From Octopus sinensis (taxonomy: Eukaryota): DNA of 64,000 nucleotides. The notes under the pieces are model-generated. The model had not been told where the DNA came from, did not search any database, and saw nothing but the letters and a program-made list of their open reading frames with translations. Shown here piece by piece: positions 50,442 to 64,000 of the stretch. The stretch lies in NCBI RefSeq assembly GCF_006345805.1, contig NW_021831284.1:620001-684000 (forward strand), written 5' to 3'. The stretch's first letter is position 1. Each line of letters begins with the position of its first letter. Made by a program: the position numbers and the translations under genes.

Positions 50442-53400
50442 TAGAATATGGTCAACCGAGGCCTTCTTTACATCCACCCATGTCGACACTAGTGAGTTTC
50501 GTTAGACTCTTGCAAAGCATATGTTGTCCAATGCTGCTCCTTTGCGCTTTGGCAATTGTTCTGAATACATAATTGATTTTTAGAAAGACCAATCTGGACT
50601 GCCCAGACACGACAACAGGATGTCTAGCCCACCCACGAAATGGCATGCACTCTACACTATATTCTACACGGTTACACTCAGAGAGGGAGAAAACACAACC
50701 GTTCAACTTAAATATCACAAAACGCAGAAAGATGAAGTTGGAGGGAAATTATATATGGTTTTCCGTGCAAAAGCAAATATGCACCTTCTGTGCGGGTTGT
50801 GGGGAATCTGTACCTAGCATACCAAAATGGTTTTAGTTTGATTTCCGTGAAAAATGTGTCAAAATTGAATATCGCATTGCAAAATTTGAACATTGCTTTG
50901 TCAAAATTAACATAAAAAACGTCAGGATTAAACTTAAAATGGTGTAGTAACCATCGACTTAACAAATTTCATAATCTATTCATGTAAACCAGATTTATTC
51001 AAATTTGTAAAGAAAGTTGTGATCTACTAAACAAAGTCTTTTTACATTGATCATCACAGAATCCAGTTTGTGATCAGTTTGTGATAACCTCTGTATATAA
51101 AACCTAAAGAATTTAGGTTAATAGGGCTAAAGGCACTGTCACATATTAGTAATTAATAATTATGACCTTAAAATGATTCAAATATGACCTTAAAATATGA
51201 CTTTTTTGACCTTATAATTAAAAAATATAATCTTATTGGTTAGAAAATATGACGTTATGGCCAGATAAATTGAGCAATCTTTTGGCCCTTTTTCGGAGGC
51301 AGGAACCAAAAATCGGGACTAAAATTTATAAATAACCAGATTTTTAGTAAAAAACCTTATTTTTAAATTTTTTGGACTTGTAGTTATCTAAATTAAAATA
51401 GTCAAAAATTCAAAATTTTAAATAAAATTTTCCAAGAGGCTAGGATTTTACCCACAACCACGTACTTCCCAAAAAACATGGTTAATAAATCATTTACCTT
51501 ACGTCAGTTCTAGTGGAACTTATATATCATTAAGAATTAAAATTTATTAAAATAACACATTAAATAAGGTTTAATATTTTCATCGTTCATCATCGTTCAG
51601 GCCGATTTCTTTCCTCTTGGTAATCTGAAAAATCGTTGAAAGAGTTATTCTTTGTTTAATCAAACAGAGATAGAAGAAAAGCGTTAAGTCCAAGCGTCAA
51701 GGACGCAGTGTGCGTTCCTTTGTTTAAAAAAAAGTTTAATCAAACACAAATTCAATCTATCCAAATCTCAACATGACTTTCGCCCACAACAGTCAACAAT
51801 CATTCGCCTCATAAATCTAACAAATTACAATAAAATCTCTCAAATCCGCCGATTTTTTAGCCTGTACACAAATCAGCGACAATTTAAAATTTAAATGTGA
51901 ATTTTTACATTATTAAATAAAAAAAAATTCCAAGTTAAATAATCAATTTTAACTAAAAATTACAATCTTTAAAATCTATACAATCTTTAAAATTTCATTT
52001 TTTCAAAGGAATCATAAATTTTATCTTTTTTATTCGATTTTCTAAGCAGTTCGCGAATTTTCATAATATTTTCGTGATCGTCAATATTTAAATTTTTGAT
52101 TTGAGAAATGTAAGTTTTAATAGTTCCGAGTGCTCTGAAAGCTTTCGATGGCTCAACTTTTTTTAACATAATCCTTTTCGTTACTTGTTTCATAATTTTA
52201 GTCATTAAATAAAATCAAGTACTGATTGAAATTTTTCATCTTCTCTGGATTTCCCTTCCAACAAGAATAACGAGCTGTTAAACGAGCCGTCACTAATTTT
52301 TAATGAAAAATCAATCAATTTCTGAGATATCAAATTGTACCATCTAATTTTCTGAAGGTGAAACGAAATTTTATAAGAACTGCATCATTATCCAGACTAA
52401 TAGACTCTTCGCCGGAGCAACTATTTTTTGTAAAACAAGTTGAATTTTATTGCATGTGTTCGCTGTGAAAGAAGATGAACAAAAAAAATATTTATTAAAA
52501 ATGTACACCTAAAAAATAGACACCCTGGTAGTGATAGACTTCTTCCTTTTTAACAAATCTAGTTTATGGATCTTGCAAACATGAAGTCATGGTTGTTTTT
52601 AGGTTTTGTCCTTAATGTCTTGCAAAACGTCTTATGAAGAGTCGCCAGACTTTAACATCTATCAGATGATAGTGTGATTCAAGAAAATTGTTAATTGAAT
52701 TTGTTAATTGATATTGAGTTTAGATTTTTTTAGAGGCTCGTATTCGACCGTATGTTTTTCTCAACCGGTCACATTTAATGAGCATCTGTCGTCACATTAT
52801 CGAATAACTACCAAGGAATTCAAAATTGCGATAATTTTTGTAGCTTTTTGTTAAGAAAAGAAACTGGAGGAGTATTAATTCGCTTTTGAAAGAAATTGAA
52901 ACAAGTCCTCTAACAAGCGTTTTGCGATCCAAATACAACCTCTCCTTATTTGCAGGCTGAACATGTAACTTGAGAGTCGTAAGCAATCGGCGTATTTGTT
53001 GGTCAATTTCGTCAAATTCGTGTGGTTTGATATTAATTAGCCCGATATAATAAATATATAGGAATAATGCATATTGATTGATGCCACGAAACAAATTCAC
53101 AGCATTCAGGTTTGTTTTTGACAACATGGTTATCCTTTTTTTGACATTCTCCAGTATTGAGTCCATAACTTTATTCTTGAGAACATTACTTCCCCCGTCT
53201 TAAAGTGCACCAAAGTACCGATATCCGTTGATTCCATCCACAGTCTCACAGCATGATAATGATCCCACATTAGATGCTGATCTTCAGGAATTCATTAACA
53301 GCCTCCATCATTTTGACTATCACATCTTCTTTGAAAGCAACTATTTAAAAATCTTCAATAAAGAAGAAATGATTTGTGGAGTATATCAATATATTGGGAT

Positions 53401-53748
53401 CTTCCTGACTAATTTGGAGTTTAGGAAACATGGAGTTAAGTATCCTGCTTAAGGGATCCATCGCCATAACAAATAGCAACGGGGACAATGAATCTCCTTA
53501 GAGTATTCCCCGGCCTAACTTCACCTTCCCAATTCTTTTCCCATCAATATGTAAGTTTACTGTTCACTTTTTGACTATGCTCTTCACAAAGTTGACGATC
53601 CAATGTGAAATTCCAGAGCAATCCAATACGTGGAACAAAAACTCGTGATCAACTGAGTCAAATTACTCCTTATTTAAAAATTGGTTAATGGGGAACTTCC
53701 ATTTGGCGCCTTTAAATTGCTTCCTCGTTCTAAGCTGATAATCTAAAT

Positions 53749-55696
53749 CAGCGATTTTCAACCTTCTTTACTCAGGGGCCGCAAATTAAAAAAAATTATA
53801 GGGACCGCAAATAATTTTTAACATTTATTTATTAACTAAATAAACAAAATTAGGTTTAATTTTAATAGTTAAAAAACGTAACAAATCACTTAGATGATTA
53901 TCAGTCAATCTGCTGCGAAACTTTGTTTTAATTCAAACAAGTTTACTAAATGTCGATTCGCAGACATATGTTGATCCAAACATCGCTAAATTTTTATTTG
54001 CATTATTGACTAGATTCGGAAATCGGTTCTCTGTAATTCTCGAATCTTCAATTAATTTTAAATATTTATCAGTTGAGCCACTTTCAGAATTTTTCGACAA
54101 ATAAGGAAAATGTGTGTAATCATTATTTGCGCTTTCCATAAACTTAATTTCGTAGCAAAAGTCATTGATATATCTATAAATTTGGTAATTTAGCTTATTT
54201 TCCTCATGTAGTTCGACATTTAGGGCAGAGAGATGCACCGATAGATCCAAATAAAATGCTAGCTCTGCTACCCATACATTCTCTTTCAATAATGCATTGT
54301 CCACTTTATTTTCAGTGAATAAAATAATTTCAGGAAGAAGTTGATAAAATCTACATATAAAAATAAAAGAAATTAACCTTTTGAGACAAGAGCTACAACT
54401 TAACACTCTTACTACTGAAAAAGGATATCGCCATAATCCGAATCGATTTTAGTTAAAAATGTTTTAAATTTTCGGTGATTCAAGGCGTTCGCCCGAATCC
54501 AATTGACAATTTTTATCACTACTTCAGAAACATTTTCCATTTTGATATTTTTGGAAATTAGGTTTTCCTGATGAATAATGCAATGATGCCATAATACTGA
54601 AGTCCAGTTATTATCACACCTCCATTTATTCATAAGTCCACGAAAACCAGTTTTTTAGTTTCTCAGTGAAGTGAATACAATAAAAAAATTCTTCGTATAT
54701 TCGAAAGTAAGATGTTACTTCCCTTACAAACACCACTAATTGTTCGATATCTGAAATATCTTTGGAACAATCAAGCGCTAAAGAATAATATTGAAAATCT
54801 TTACTAATTCTAAAAATGACGAAACAATTTGCATACTGTAAAAGTTTGTTAATCAGATTATCAGATATATCACTGACTCTTCTAGTAATAGTATCATTAC
54901 TTAGAGGTTTGTGTGGAATATCGAAAACAGCGGGCGAACAACATTCCGATGCAAATATTTCGATTGCCGTTTTATATAATTCTCTATCAGAATAAGACTT
55001 CATATTTTTAGCCAATAGGTAACTAATTTTGTATGATGTCAGGTTAATATTAGACGAATATGTGCAACTTTAAATAATCTTCTTTCATTTGTTTTAGTTT
55101 TTTCGTCCGAGAAACACCAGTGAATTTGTCATAAAGAATAGAGTCGTTCGATTGTATACGTTTTTAAAGTTACAATAATAGAATTGCATATTAGGCAAAG
55201 AGCCTTTCCATTGACCTTAATAATGAAATATTTTTCCTTCCAGATGTGTTCAAAAATCCTATTTTCCTCGGAAATTTATCGATAACGTTTAGAATTCGAC
55301 ATGAAAACAAATAAAAAAACGTGACAATTTTTTATTCATAAAATTTAAAAATATTAAATCAAAAAATAAAATATTTATAGAAACATAAACCCCTCAATAA
55401 TGAACTCTACAGAATCACCCATACATCCGAGATTGCAAAGAAAGTGATGTTCACGAAGTGGCTGCTCTTTGGACATGTCCTAAGAGCCTCGGAAATGACG
55501 CCGGCCAATCAGAGCATGGAATCCTACTTCTGCTCATTAAATAAAACGGCGTGGGGAGCGTGGGTACGACTAACAGAGCGTATCCTGAGTCGGATGGCAA
55601 AAGTGGAATCTTAATTAACTTTTTGATTCCGCGAGATTGCTTTAATAATAATAAACCCCTCAATTAAATCCTAGGGGCCGCACTTAAAAATCACTG
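53749..55696 (-). mobile_element. hAT (Buster-type) transposon
   Basis: TIRs CAGCGATTTTCAA and TTAAAAATCACTG. Perfect 8-bp TSD ATCTAAAT (53741-48, 55697-704). KSYSD, LSNDTITRR, ALDCSKD, HCIIHQE, FGSTYVCESTFS. Confidence 0.95.
55400..55630 (+). mobile_element. RTE-like fragment inside hAT
   Basis: KWLLFGHVLRASEMTPANQSMESY matches RWRLFGHILRMDMLAPANIAMEGY. Confidence 0.75.
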
Positions 55697-56524
55697 ATCT
55701 AAATTAAGCCAAATCCCTCGACGAAATCGGCAAGTTTATCATTTACACATTTGATGACAAGTTTGTACAAAGTTGACATACACGTTATAGGGCGTAAGTC
55801 CATCGGAGTCTCACAATCACGTTTTTTAGGGATCAAATAAGTTACCCCAGTGTAAAACCAGTTATCAGGCATGTACTCTCCGTTAATTATTCTGACTATT
55901 TCTTTACACAGAAAAAGTTATACGTTCCGTTACATCTAGTCAGGTGCATATTTGAGCATATCCATAATAAAATTACTTGCAAGTTGAGGTCGCATGGTTT
56001 CACTTTCAGTAGACCTCACATCCACAAAATCATAAAATACGGCTTCCATATTTTTCTTGCTCCAGACATCTTCTCAAAATCACAAGCATTCCCCATCACT
56101 AAACCCATATAGGGTGGCCTCATTGGTCGAAGATAAATTTCGGTAAAATCTTCTGAATCCTTCTTCGAGGTATGAATGGATATCTCTTTCTGTTTCATTC
56201 CAATTTGATTTTTCAATATTTAAATTCAATAATATTTTTCACCATTTTCTATCCCTATATATGCTATTAAATTACCCTAATTTTAAACACTTTTTTTCAC
56301 AAACTTATGTCCAAAAGTACGACATCCAATTCAATATCTCTAATTAAACAAATGTCTTAGCTTAGACAAATTTTTTAAATTTTATTTATTCTAATATATT
56401 TAAAAATGATATTTTTCACTAAGTGACAACTACCGTTCTTGATAAAAAATTGTTTAAAACAAACAAAACCATAAAGCCACAATTAAAAATATTCAAAATC
56501 AAATTCATTACAAAACACTTAAAA

Positions 56525-58981
56525 TCACAACAATTTCAAAGGAGTAATAGCCAGAAGCACCCTTTTAACACAGTCATCTACAGATGAACGCAATCCATCA
56601 TCCTCAGAAATCACATCCTAATTAATTTATAAAAACAAAATACTTTCGAAGCCACATTAACAAAAGCCCTCGAATCGTCCACATTGACAACAATTATATT
56701 CGACTCCGCACAAGAGTCAACACAATCAGAACCAAACATATCCGACAACGTTCGACTAAGACACTTCTTCATCTCATTGGTGTCAATTTCCACTTTCTCC
56801 TCCACCAAGGACTCAACATCAGGTTCACCTGCAGAATTTTCGTGAGCTTTGAGTATAATAGACAGCACTACGTCCGCATATAAATCCGACCCAGGACTAG
56901 ATGACCACTATTGATCATCACATAAACAAACCTCCATAATTACATAATCTTTAAAAAAAGTGACACCCACTTTGTCAGCAACTACAATCTTGGAGGATTT
57001 CGTGTCCTCTGTAATAGATTCCGTCATTTGTCTCAACATTGTCTTAACCTGGGCCATCGACCCCGAATAAGGAATTGTCTGCCTTTGTAGAATGGATCCC
57101 CTTATTAGTTTTGTATAATCTATCAACAAATGTATAATAATTGTACCAACCAGTGACTTGGGAGGGGTCCATAATACGGTAATTGAAATTCCGTTTAACA
57201 ACAACCCCCGAAATTCTATCTCCTGCCCCAAGTCGTTTACCTGCAGCCAATTTTCCAACAATCTGATTTATAAGCCCGAGATATTACTTTGGCTGTTCTT
57301 TCCCCTTTAAAAGACAATTCTACAATTTCCGTATTGGCTGGGTCGTGTAGGTCAATATTATAGTGAAGATCGTCCTCATATTCTCTTATTAAAGCACCCT
57401 TCAGTCTCCCCATCACCGACCGCTCTCCATGCACTAAAATCTGCCCTCAATACAAAATTCTAAACAATATGAGAGGGTTTTATAGTGCGGATAAATTCGC
57501 TCGTCTGCTTATAATCTGTGTGGGCAGAAAATGAAATGTACTCCACAGAACATTTCAAAGGCAGAGACCCTCCCTGAGAGGTCGGAACAGTCTCTGGCGA
57601 CCTCAAAATTGCCTACATTGACATAACACTAAAAAACTCGCGCAAGTGTCCCTTCGACACAATATCCGGCAATAATCACTCCATTTTTGGGATCTGTACA
57701 CCACATTTCAAAAAGGTCTCTACTAAGTCCACTCTGCATCATTCCGGGAGAGGCAAGCACCACGGAAGGACCAATATCATCAAACTCGTCCAAACTCTAT
57801 TTTTACACAAATATATATACACGAATATTTGAAATATGCTTAAACATAAACGGGTTGGAAATCGATATTTGTTTCCGTATTTTCTCGTTCATGGAATCCA
57901 CAAAAGTCTGGAAGACACTCATACATTTCCTGGCCAACTGGGAGGCGTAGTATATCGGTATTCCGTGAAGACTCGGATTCTGTTCCCAGAACTCGTCTAA
58001 ATATCAATTTTCCGCTATTTTTGACCAACCGAGTATAAGCAACAGTTCCTGAGCTCGTCCGAGGGCGAATACTGGAATTAAACACCGTCCACCGCGGGAA
58101 ACAATTTCCTGAACTCGACTAGTGAATCGATGTTCTCTGTTTTCCTGTGATTCGTGGATATTAGTCCCATAAGTTGATTCCTGCAGTCAAAACGAATAAA
58201 AATCACAATTATGAGCACATCCGGTTTAGTTTTGGGGATTTCCGCGGCCATTAAATGTCGATCCTCCTCACATGAAAAGTCCCCGGTATATAAGACTTTA
58301 ACTCCCGCAATTTCAACAAGAAACATGGCAGCCCCGAGGACATGTCCTGCGGAGGTGCATGAAAATTTTATTCCGTCGACAATCATTTCCTGGTGGTAAT
58401 CAATGGTCTCAATCTTGGCCATGCTGTCGGCTATGTCTGTTAGGGTGTATAGAGGACGGTCGGTGTTGGCAAAACTATTTATTTTTTATTATTTATTTTA
58501 TTATTATTTATTTTATTATTATTTTTGAATAAAAAATATAAAAAATGAGTTCTTACCAAACTTTGGCGTAATCAGTCAGAAGCCAGCGATAAATAGCTTT
58601 TGTTGCATGTGTCATGAAACAACGTCCACGGAATGTAGTTTTTTGTAATAAATACGGCAACGAACCACAATGATCAAGGTGGAAACTATTTTTTAGTATA
58701 AATAATTTACTGGCTTATTAAAAGAAGGTCAATTTTATCCAAATCTACAGAATCAAAAAATGGGAGAGAGTCCAGACCATATCTGCCTGGATGTATTCCG
58801 CAGTCTAACTATTTGTATTAAAATTGATTTAATTTTACCATCACTACTTTGTTTTTGAATTCGAGAATTATACAAGAACGACCAACTTCCTGGCCGGCTC
58901 CTCTAGTCATTAGAACTCATAAAAATACAGTGGATAGACTGAGAGTTTCTCAAAATCACCTAACTCAACAACACCTGACAT
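56525..58981 (-). CDS. CPSF3: Cleavage and polyadenylation specificity factor 73 kDa endonuclease
   Basis: Spliced [91 protein letters not shown]. Confidence 0.97.
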
Positions 58982-59989
58982 TTGATTTAAATTTAAAACT
59001 ACAAATTTATATTTATGAATGAATCAAGATTATTTATTTTATTAATATTTCGTAAAATATCACAATATCAAGCATATTTATTATAGCACTATATTTATTG
59101 CGAAATTTTTAATAGGCCAGACCTACGTGATTTTGTTGATTTTCAAAAGCGCTTGAAAATTAGCTGCAAAAAAGTACAAGTCATTAAATGAAGTCAATAA
59201 TACGGTAAACATGACCATTTTTATTTTGATAAGCAAAAAAACGAGTTCGGAACTGTCAAAGCTTCACCCAATTTAATATTTAAAATCAAGAAACCGACCA
59301 ACAATTTTTTTAATACTACTTTAGTAGATTATTTGTTTATAAGAGTTTGGAAATTAATTTTCTCAAAAAAAGTTAAGGATAATTTACGATTATGTGACTC
59401 AGAAATTTGATTTTATTTATTATTAAGCATCCCTGAAAAATCATAATTATGTTTTCTTTGTATCTTATATTAAATTTTTCCACATAACTTTTTTTTACGT
59501 TTTCTTGTTTTTTATTAATCGTAATTGAGTGTGCATGATTTTACCAAAATGTTGTCATCTTGAGCTGAGAATATTTATTGACAGCCATTTCGAACCTCAT
59601 ATTTTTTATAGCTGTAAGTTTGATAGTAATTTTAGGATATATTTTATAGTTTCTTTCAACTTGATTCGGTTTAAAATGTTAAGTTCTAACGTGATAATTT
59701 ATTGTTAAAAATGGCGAAATTATAATTTTGTGTGCAAAAAATATCGAAAAATCTTCAACCAATCAACTGTCGATGATTATGTTAACTCGACAAAATCAAA
59801 AGTTGTTTCAAATTATTTAATAGCTGAAGTGTGCTAATAAGTGAATTTACAAAAATTGGAGCATTTTGTAGCATTGCTGACCCAAAAATTTTACAAAATC
59901 AATAAAACATAAAGAAGTTAAGTAGATATATTAATTAAAGGAATTCCAAAAATTGATGAAGCGATATTTTGAGATAATTCAATATTTTT

Positions 59990-60720
59990 AGTTGGATTTG
60001 TGCGTGTTATTTGCTTATCTTGCTGTCTGTGCAACTATCGTTCCAGAGATCCTAGAAATTATATTCTTTATTCAGTTGATTTTGCTGGCTGTTTTACTAG
60101 GAATTGTCTCTCAATCTTGCGACCCGGTACTGTGTTTTTAATAAATAAAGATACAGTTCCAAATATTGTTAATAAATTTATAATTTTTATTATTGTTAAA
60201 TATTATTTTTAGTTTAACCCTAAAATTATAAAATTCAAAAGTTAGTTAGCGTGTTCATTATCGCTTTGTTGCTTTCTTTATTTTACAATTATAATTTACT
60301 TTTTTGATTACATTTTGGTGATGATTCTTTTGCTCTGATATATATTGATGTTATAAAACGAGCTTTTCAAATCTGAAAAATGATAATCTAGTGTAATTTA
60401 TTATTTTAATTTATAAGAGAAAAACTTGTGTCTTTTACTTATATTAAATACCATATCAAATTATTGTTTACCGTATAGGTAGCCATACTTTTTGCAGGCT
60501 TTTTGATTGGATTAATTTTTAAGACGAAAGTGATTGCCCACAAATATAGATTGATTCAAAAATTCGGGAAATAGTAAACTATACTGTTTCTCTTATAAAT
60601 TTTTGGAAAAAATAGAATCTGTAATTGAATTTCGGTTTATGTTAAACATTCTTGTAGCTGTGGAAGTAAAATAAATTATGAATTCTTGGTTTGCAAAAAG
60701 AGCGCTGGTCTTTTTCCCGT
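59990..60720 (+). CDS. Possible divergent or pseudogenised multi-pass membrane protein (tetraspanin-like)
   Basis: Hydrophobic exon-like segments (IIFFIQLILLAVLLGIV; VAILFAGFLIGLIFKTK) with micro-intron-like GT-AG gaps. A complete frame could not be assembled. Confidence 0.3.
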
Positions 60721-61739
60721 AACTTGAAATTCAACAAAACTATTTATTCGATTTTTTATTAGAGCCCTGGGTTTGAACAGAGTGACAGAAAATGCTTAAA
60801 TATCACGACACTTGTCTCATTTTAGAGAGGAAAGTGCATAGTCTAAAACTTCACGTAGGGGGAACGCCTTAGAGAAGTGAATTTTTAATTTTTTGATGAC
60901 TTTTATTCAAAAATAGGCAAGAGTCGTTCTCGAATTCGACCAAAACAAAAAATGATGATTCGACAGTGTTGGATATAGATTTGAAAGATTAAGTAAAAAA
61001 AGCTTTAAATGTAATTTAACAGGTAAATAAATGCTCATAATTTATAGAAACAAATATCTGCGATAGTATTGATTGTGTCTCTGAAAGAATATTTTGTGAA
61101 TTTTTTTTTGATAATGAAACATTAATTTTAAATTTAATAAATAATAGACGTAGAATCCCACTGTCATCACTCCGAATGAAGGTTCCATGCATCTAATATG
61201 CAACCCGGATTTACAAGTAACGCCGTCATCAGTAATCTCACTGCGGAACCGGATGTCTTAATCAGCCACACTACAAAAATAAAAAAGGGGGACAAGATGG
61301 AGCAGAAACACATGCCTATGTTTGAATTAGTTATTTTATATGTAACATGTTTTCTTTCTTTCTTGATCTTTACAAAAAAAATGTGGCCGGCCTGAACGAG
61401 ATGTCAACGTATCGTTTACATCTTGCGGCAGGGCTAAAAAATTAACTTAAAACAATTTATCTTCACAATTTTAAATTACCAGCACATAAGATGGCCTGGA
61501 TGTTCCCCCGAAGATCGGCAACGAGACTCTTTAGAGAAGATCAAATGTCTCGTTGTTTTTACTTTTTTGTGAATTATGAACAAAATTGACAATAGTTAAA
61601 TTTGGCAATTTTATTATTAATTATGGTATTAAATTTCTATTTTAGTTATTTAGATATTTGTTGATAAATTAGTATTTTATAACTTTTATCCATTTTTAAT
61701 TATAAATATAAATTACGCTCTTAAATATTTTTGCTGATT

Positions 61740-62525
61740 ATGTCTTTTGTTATTTCTTTTATTCTAATAATCAACTCATTAATTTTTTTGGTATTTTCAA
61801 CTTATAATGTTTTAGACCTTCACAGGCATTGCAGTTTACGTTGGATCAGTCCTTTTAATATACTTCAAACACACTATTAGTACTTTAAACAGTCCAAAAC
61901 CATTTTATACTGCCATTGCTATTGCCTTTTCAATTGGATTTCTAACCCTCCTTTCCGCAATTTCTGGTTTTATAGCACCCGTCAAAAGATCGAAATGTCA
62001 AAGATATTTTGTAATCGATTAAGTTTTTATTTATTAGTTCATGAGTTTCCTGTGGATTTTGTTTTTTGCGATTTTTACCTTCTTAATATTTCTAGTGATA
62101 AAAGATAAGCAAATTATACCCATAGTTCCTAAACGGATTGATGAAATGGTTCAGGAATACAACTTTTATGCAGTTCCTGTCGATTTTATACAACAAATTG
62201 TGAGTTATTTTTAACGAATTTTTAGTTTAAATGTTGTGGAGGATGGGGAGGACCGTCGGATTATTCAAATAAGACTTTACCCCGTTCTTGTTGTCCAATT
62301 TCAGCAACCAATTGTACTTCCCCGATGGGATATAATGAGGGATGCAGTACTTTGATTTCATATTATTTTACCGAGTATTTCAAGGTCATTGTCGGGTTTA
62401 CTGCCGCGGTTTTGTCTTTCCAGGTTTTCTAATTTTTTAATCATTTTTAGATTATTGGAATAATATCGGTCTGTTATTTGCTTAAGACAGATAGTCACGA
62501 ATATTTTGAATATAAAAATTATTAG
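61740..62525 (+). CDS. Tetraspanin
   Basis: Spliced product has four TM segments and an EC2 with FKCCG, LPRSCC and EGC motifs. Four GT-AG micro-introns. Confidence 0.92.
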
Positions 62526-63239
62526 TTATTATTATTCCTTGATTTTCTTTGTTTGATGTTAATTTTGTCTTTTTTATTTTAACAGTTTTTTAACACATTA
62601 TCAAAAGGTTAAAACATTTGGCAGTTTCAGCGCATTTCGCTTGCGATATGTTAGTCAAGATTTCTTAATAAAAAAAACATTTTAATCGATTTAACTTGTA
62701 TAATTCTTAATTTAGTTACTTATTAGTTGGTAATTAAATAAATTCTTTAAGACTAACTATTTCATTGATATTGGTAGTTAATTCAAAATGTTGATTTAAT
62801 TTTTTAATTATTGCGGTCATTTTAGATCGATGGGTGTTATAGACGTAGTTTTTTATTTGATCAATACAAAAATCTAATTTATTCCGAATTTAAGCGAAAA
62901 TTGATCTTTTACGTTATTATGTTCAAAATTAAATTTTATTCGACGGCTTTGAACAGACGGTAAAAGGTATTTTGTTTTCGGTAAGTTAATAATAATTATT
63001 ATTGATTGAGCATCAAAGACTGGTTACATGTACCTTGATAAATCAATTAATTTTCTGATAATCAAAATTTTCGATATGTTAAATAAAATTAAATGCAATG
63101 TTCTGATTTTTATCTGATTATCCATTTTTATGATGGCAGCCTACATTTTTATTGTGATTTATTAGAACAAAATAAAATACTTTTTGACTATTTTTAATAA
63201 ATTTTCTAATTAAAATTGGACTAAGATACATGATAACCA

Positions 63240-63450
63240 CGCCTTACAAAGTGATGATTTCCCGTCGGTTTTGAGATTCACTGGATCAACAAGTGTGATA
63301 AAAACGGGATGACGGCAACCTATAGCGGCCTGTCCATGTCGCATATTATAAAGGCCTTTTTATTAGTGCGTGAACAGTATCTCTTGCTGGAATGCACATT
63401 CGAGGAAGATCAACGTGTGTTTCATAGAGGTCCCCGGGGTTCCAAAGAGT
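63240..63450 (-). mobile_element. Decayed RTE-like endonuclease fragment (tentative)
   Basis: CGACATGGACAGGCC resembles the KTTWTG-coding segment near 49580. Confidence 0.35.
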
Positions 63451-64000
63451 TGGGTATTCATATATTATCAAACTAATATTCAAAATATCTCTCTCGCCCA
63501 GTAAAGCAGCACCCCCTTTTAATTCATTAATATAATTAACAGTTACGTCAAAATTATTAAGTTAAAGCAAAAAAATATATGATTCCAAAATGAATGAGAC
63601 GACAAAATTCCATATTTTGGAACGCTGGTCAAATCAACTCCGAAATTGTAACTAATTTGTTTAATAAATATTTTTGCTAATTAAAAAAATTTTTGGGTTC
63701 GCCACTTACTTGTGACATTTTATTTCTCCCTAACAAAAGAATCGTTTATTTTTAAGAAACTATGTTCAAAAAAACATTTCCAACTTATCCATTTAAATTA
63801 ACTATTTTTGAATATTCATTTGTTTAATTGATAAGTGTAAAAACCAGATTTATTTTAATGGCGTTTTGTATTTATGTCTTAATTAAAAATAAAATTCTAT
63901 ATTTTTCCTATTTTTAAGACTCATTATTTTAGTTGTTTGAATCTACAAGTAAATATGAACAAAAGGATAATATTTTAGTTCATTTATTGCAACCAATTGT

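Larger units (their letters stand above)
52500..56300 (-). mobile_element. R2/NeSL-type retroelement RT region, decayed, split by hAT
   Basis: PDNWFYTGVTYLIPK...LRPITCMSTLYKL, then the hAT insertion, then FDSVDHEFL, NHFFFIEDF, KTNLNAVNLFRGINQY and ANKERLYLDRK...RGL. Confidence 0.85.

Noticed and set aside
50450-50960. Overlapping short ORFs, possibly a hAT N-terminal remnant
   Set aside because: Only a weak KRRK...W...C..C resemblance, with no TIR or catalytic motif.
53749-55696. Micro-introns in this hAT transposase
   Set aside because: The frame breaks examined look like simple indels without convincing GT-AG boundaries.

Overview
AT-rich eukaryotic window from a compact, probably parasitic, animal genome. 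Myxozoan, dicyemid or orthonectid is my inference, from animal-type gene families (BAHCC1/TNRC18-like, tetraspanin, WBP2, FAM98) and spliceosomal micro-introns of about 19-33 nt. Because of these introns, the ORF track shows only exon fragments. Manual splicing recovers 12 host genes: BAH-domain protein, ferritin, TTF2 helicase, TIA1-like RRM protein, WBP2, PDE12, eIF4E, FAM98, cathepsin L-like protease, SEC13, CPSF3 and a tetraspanin. Between them lie dense, often nested transposon remains: Buster-type hAT, Tc1, Ginger-like integrase elements, a Helitron fragment, MITEs, and RTE, I/jockey, CRE and R2/NeSL-type non-LTR elements, including one near-intact RTE. The most notable observations are DNA transposases carrying host-sized micro-introns (one position shared by two divergent elements), GC-AG micro-introns with weak donors, a multi-copy REL retroelement family that resembles microsporidian elements as I recall them, and a MITE with internal telomeric repeats. 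All calls come from manual reading and remembered motifs. No database searches were run, and TE boundaries without TIR/TSD support are approximate.
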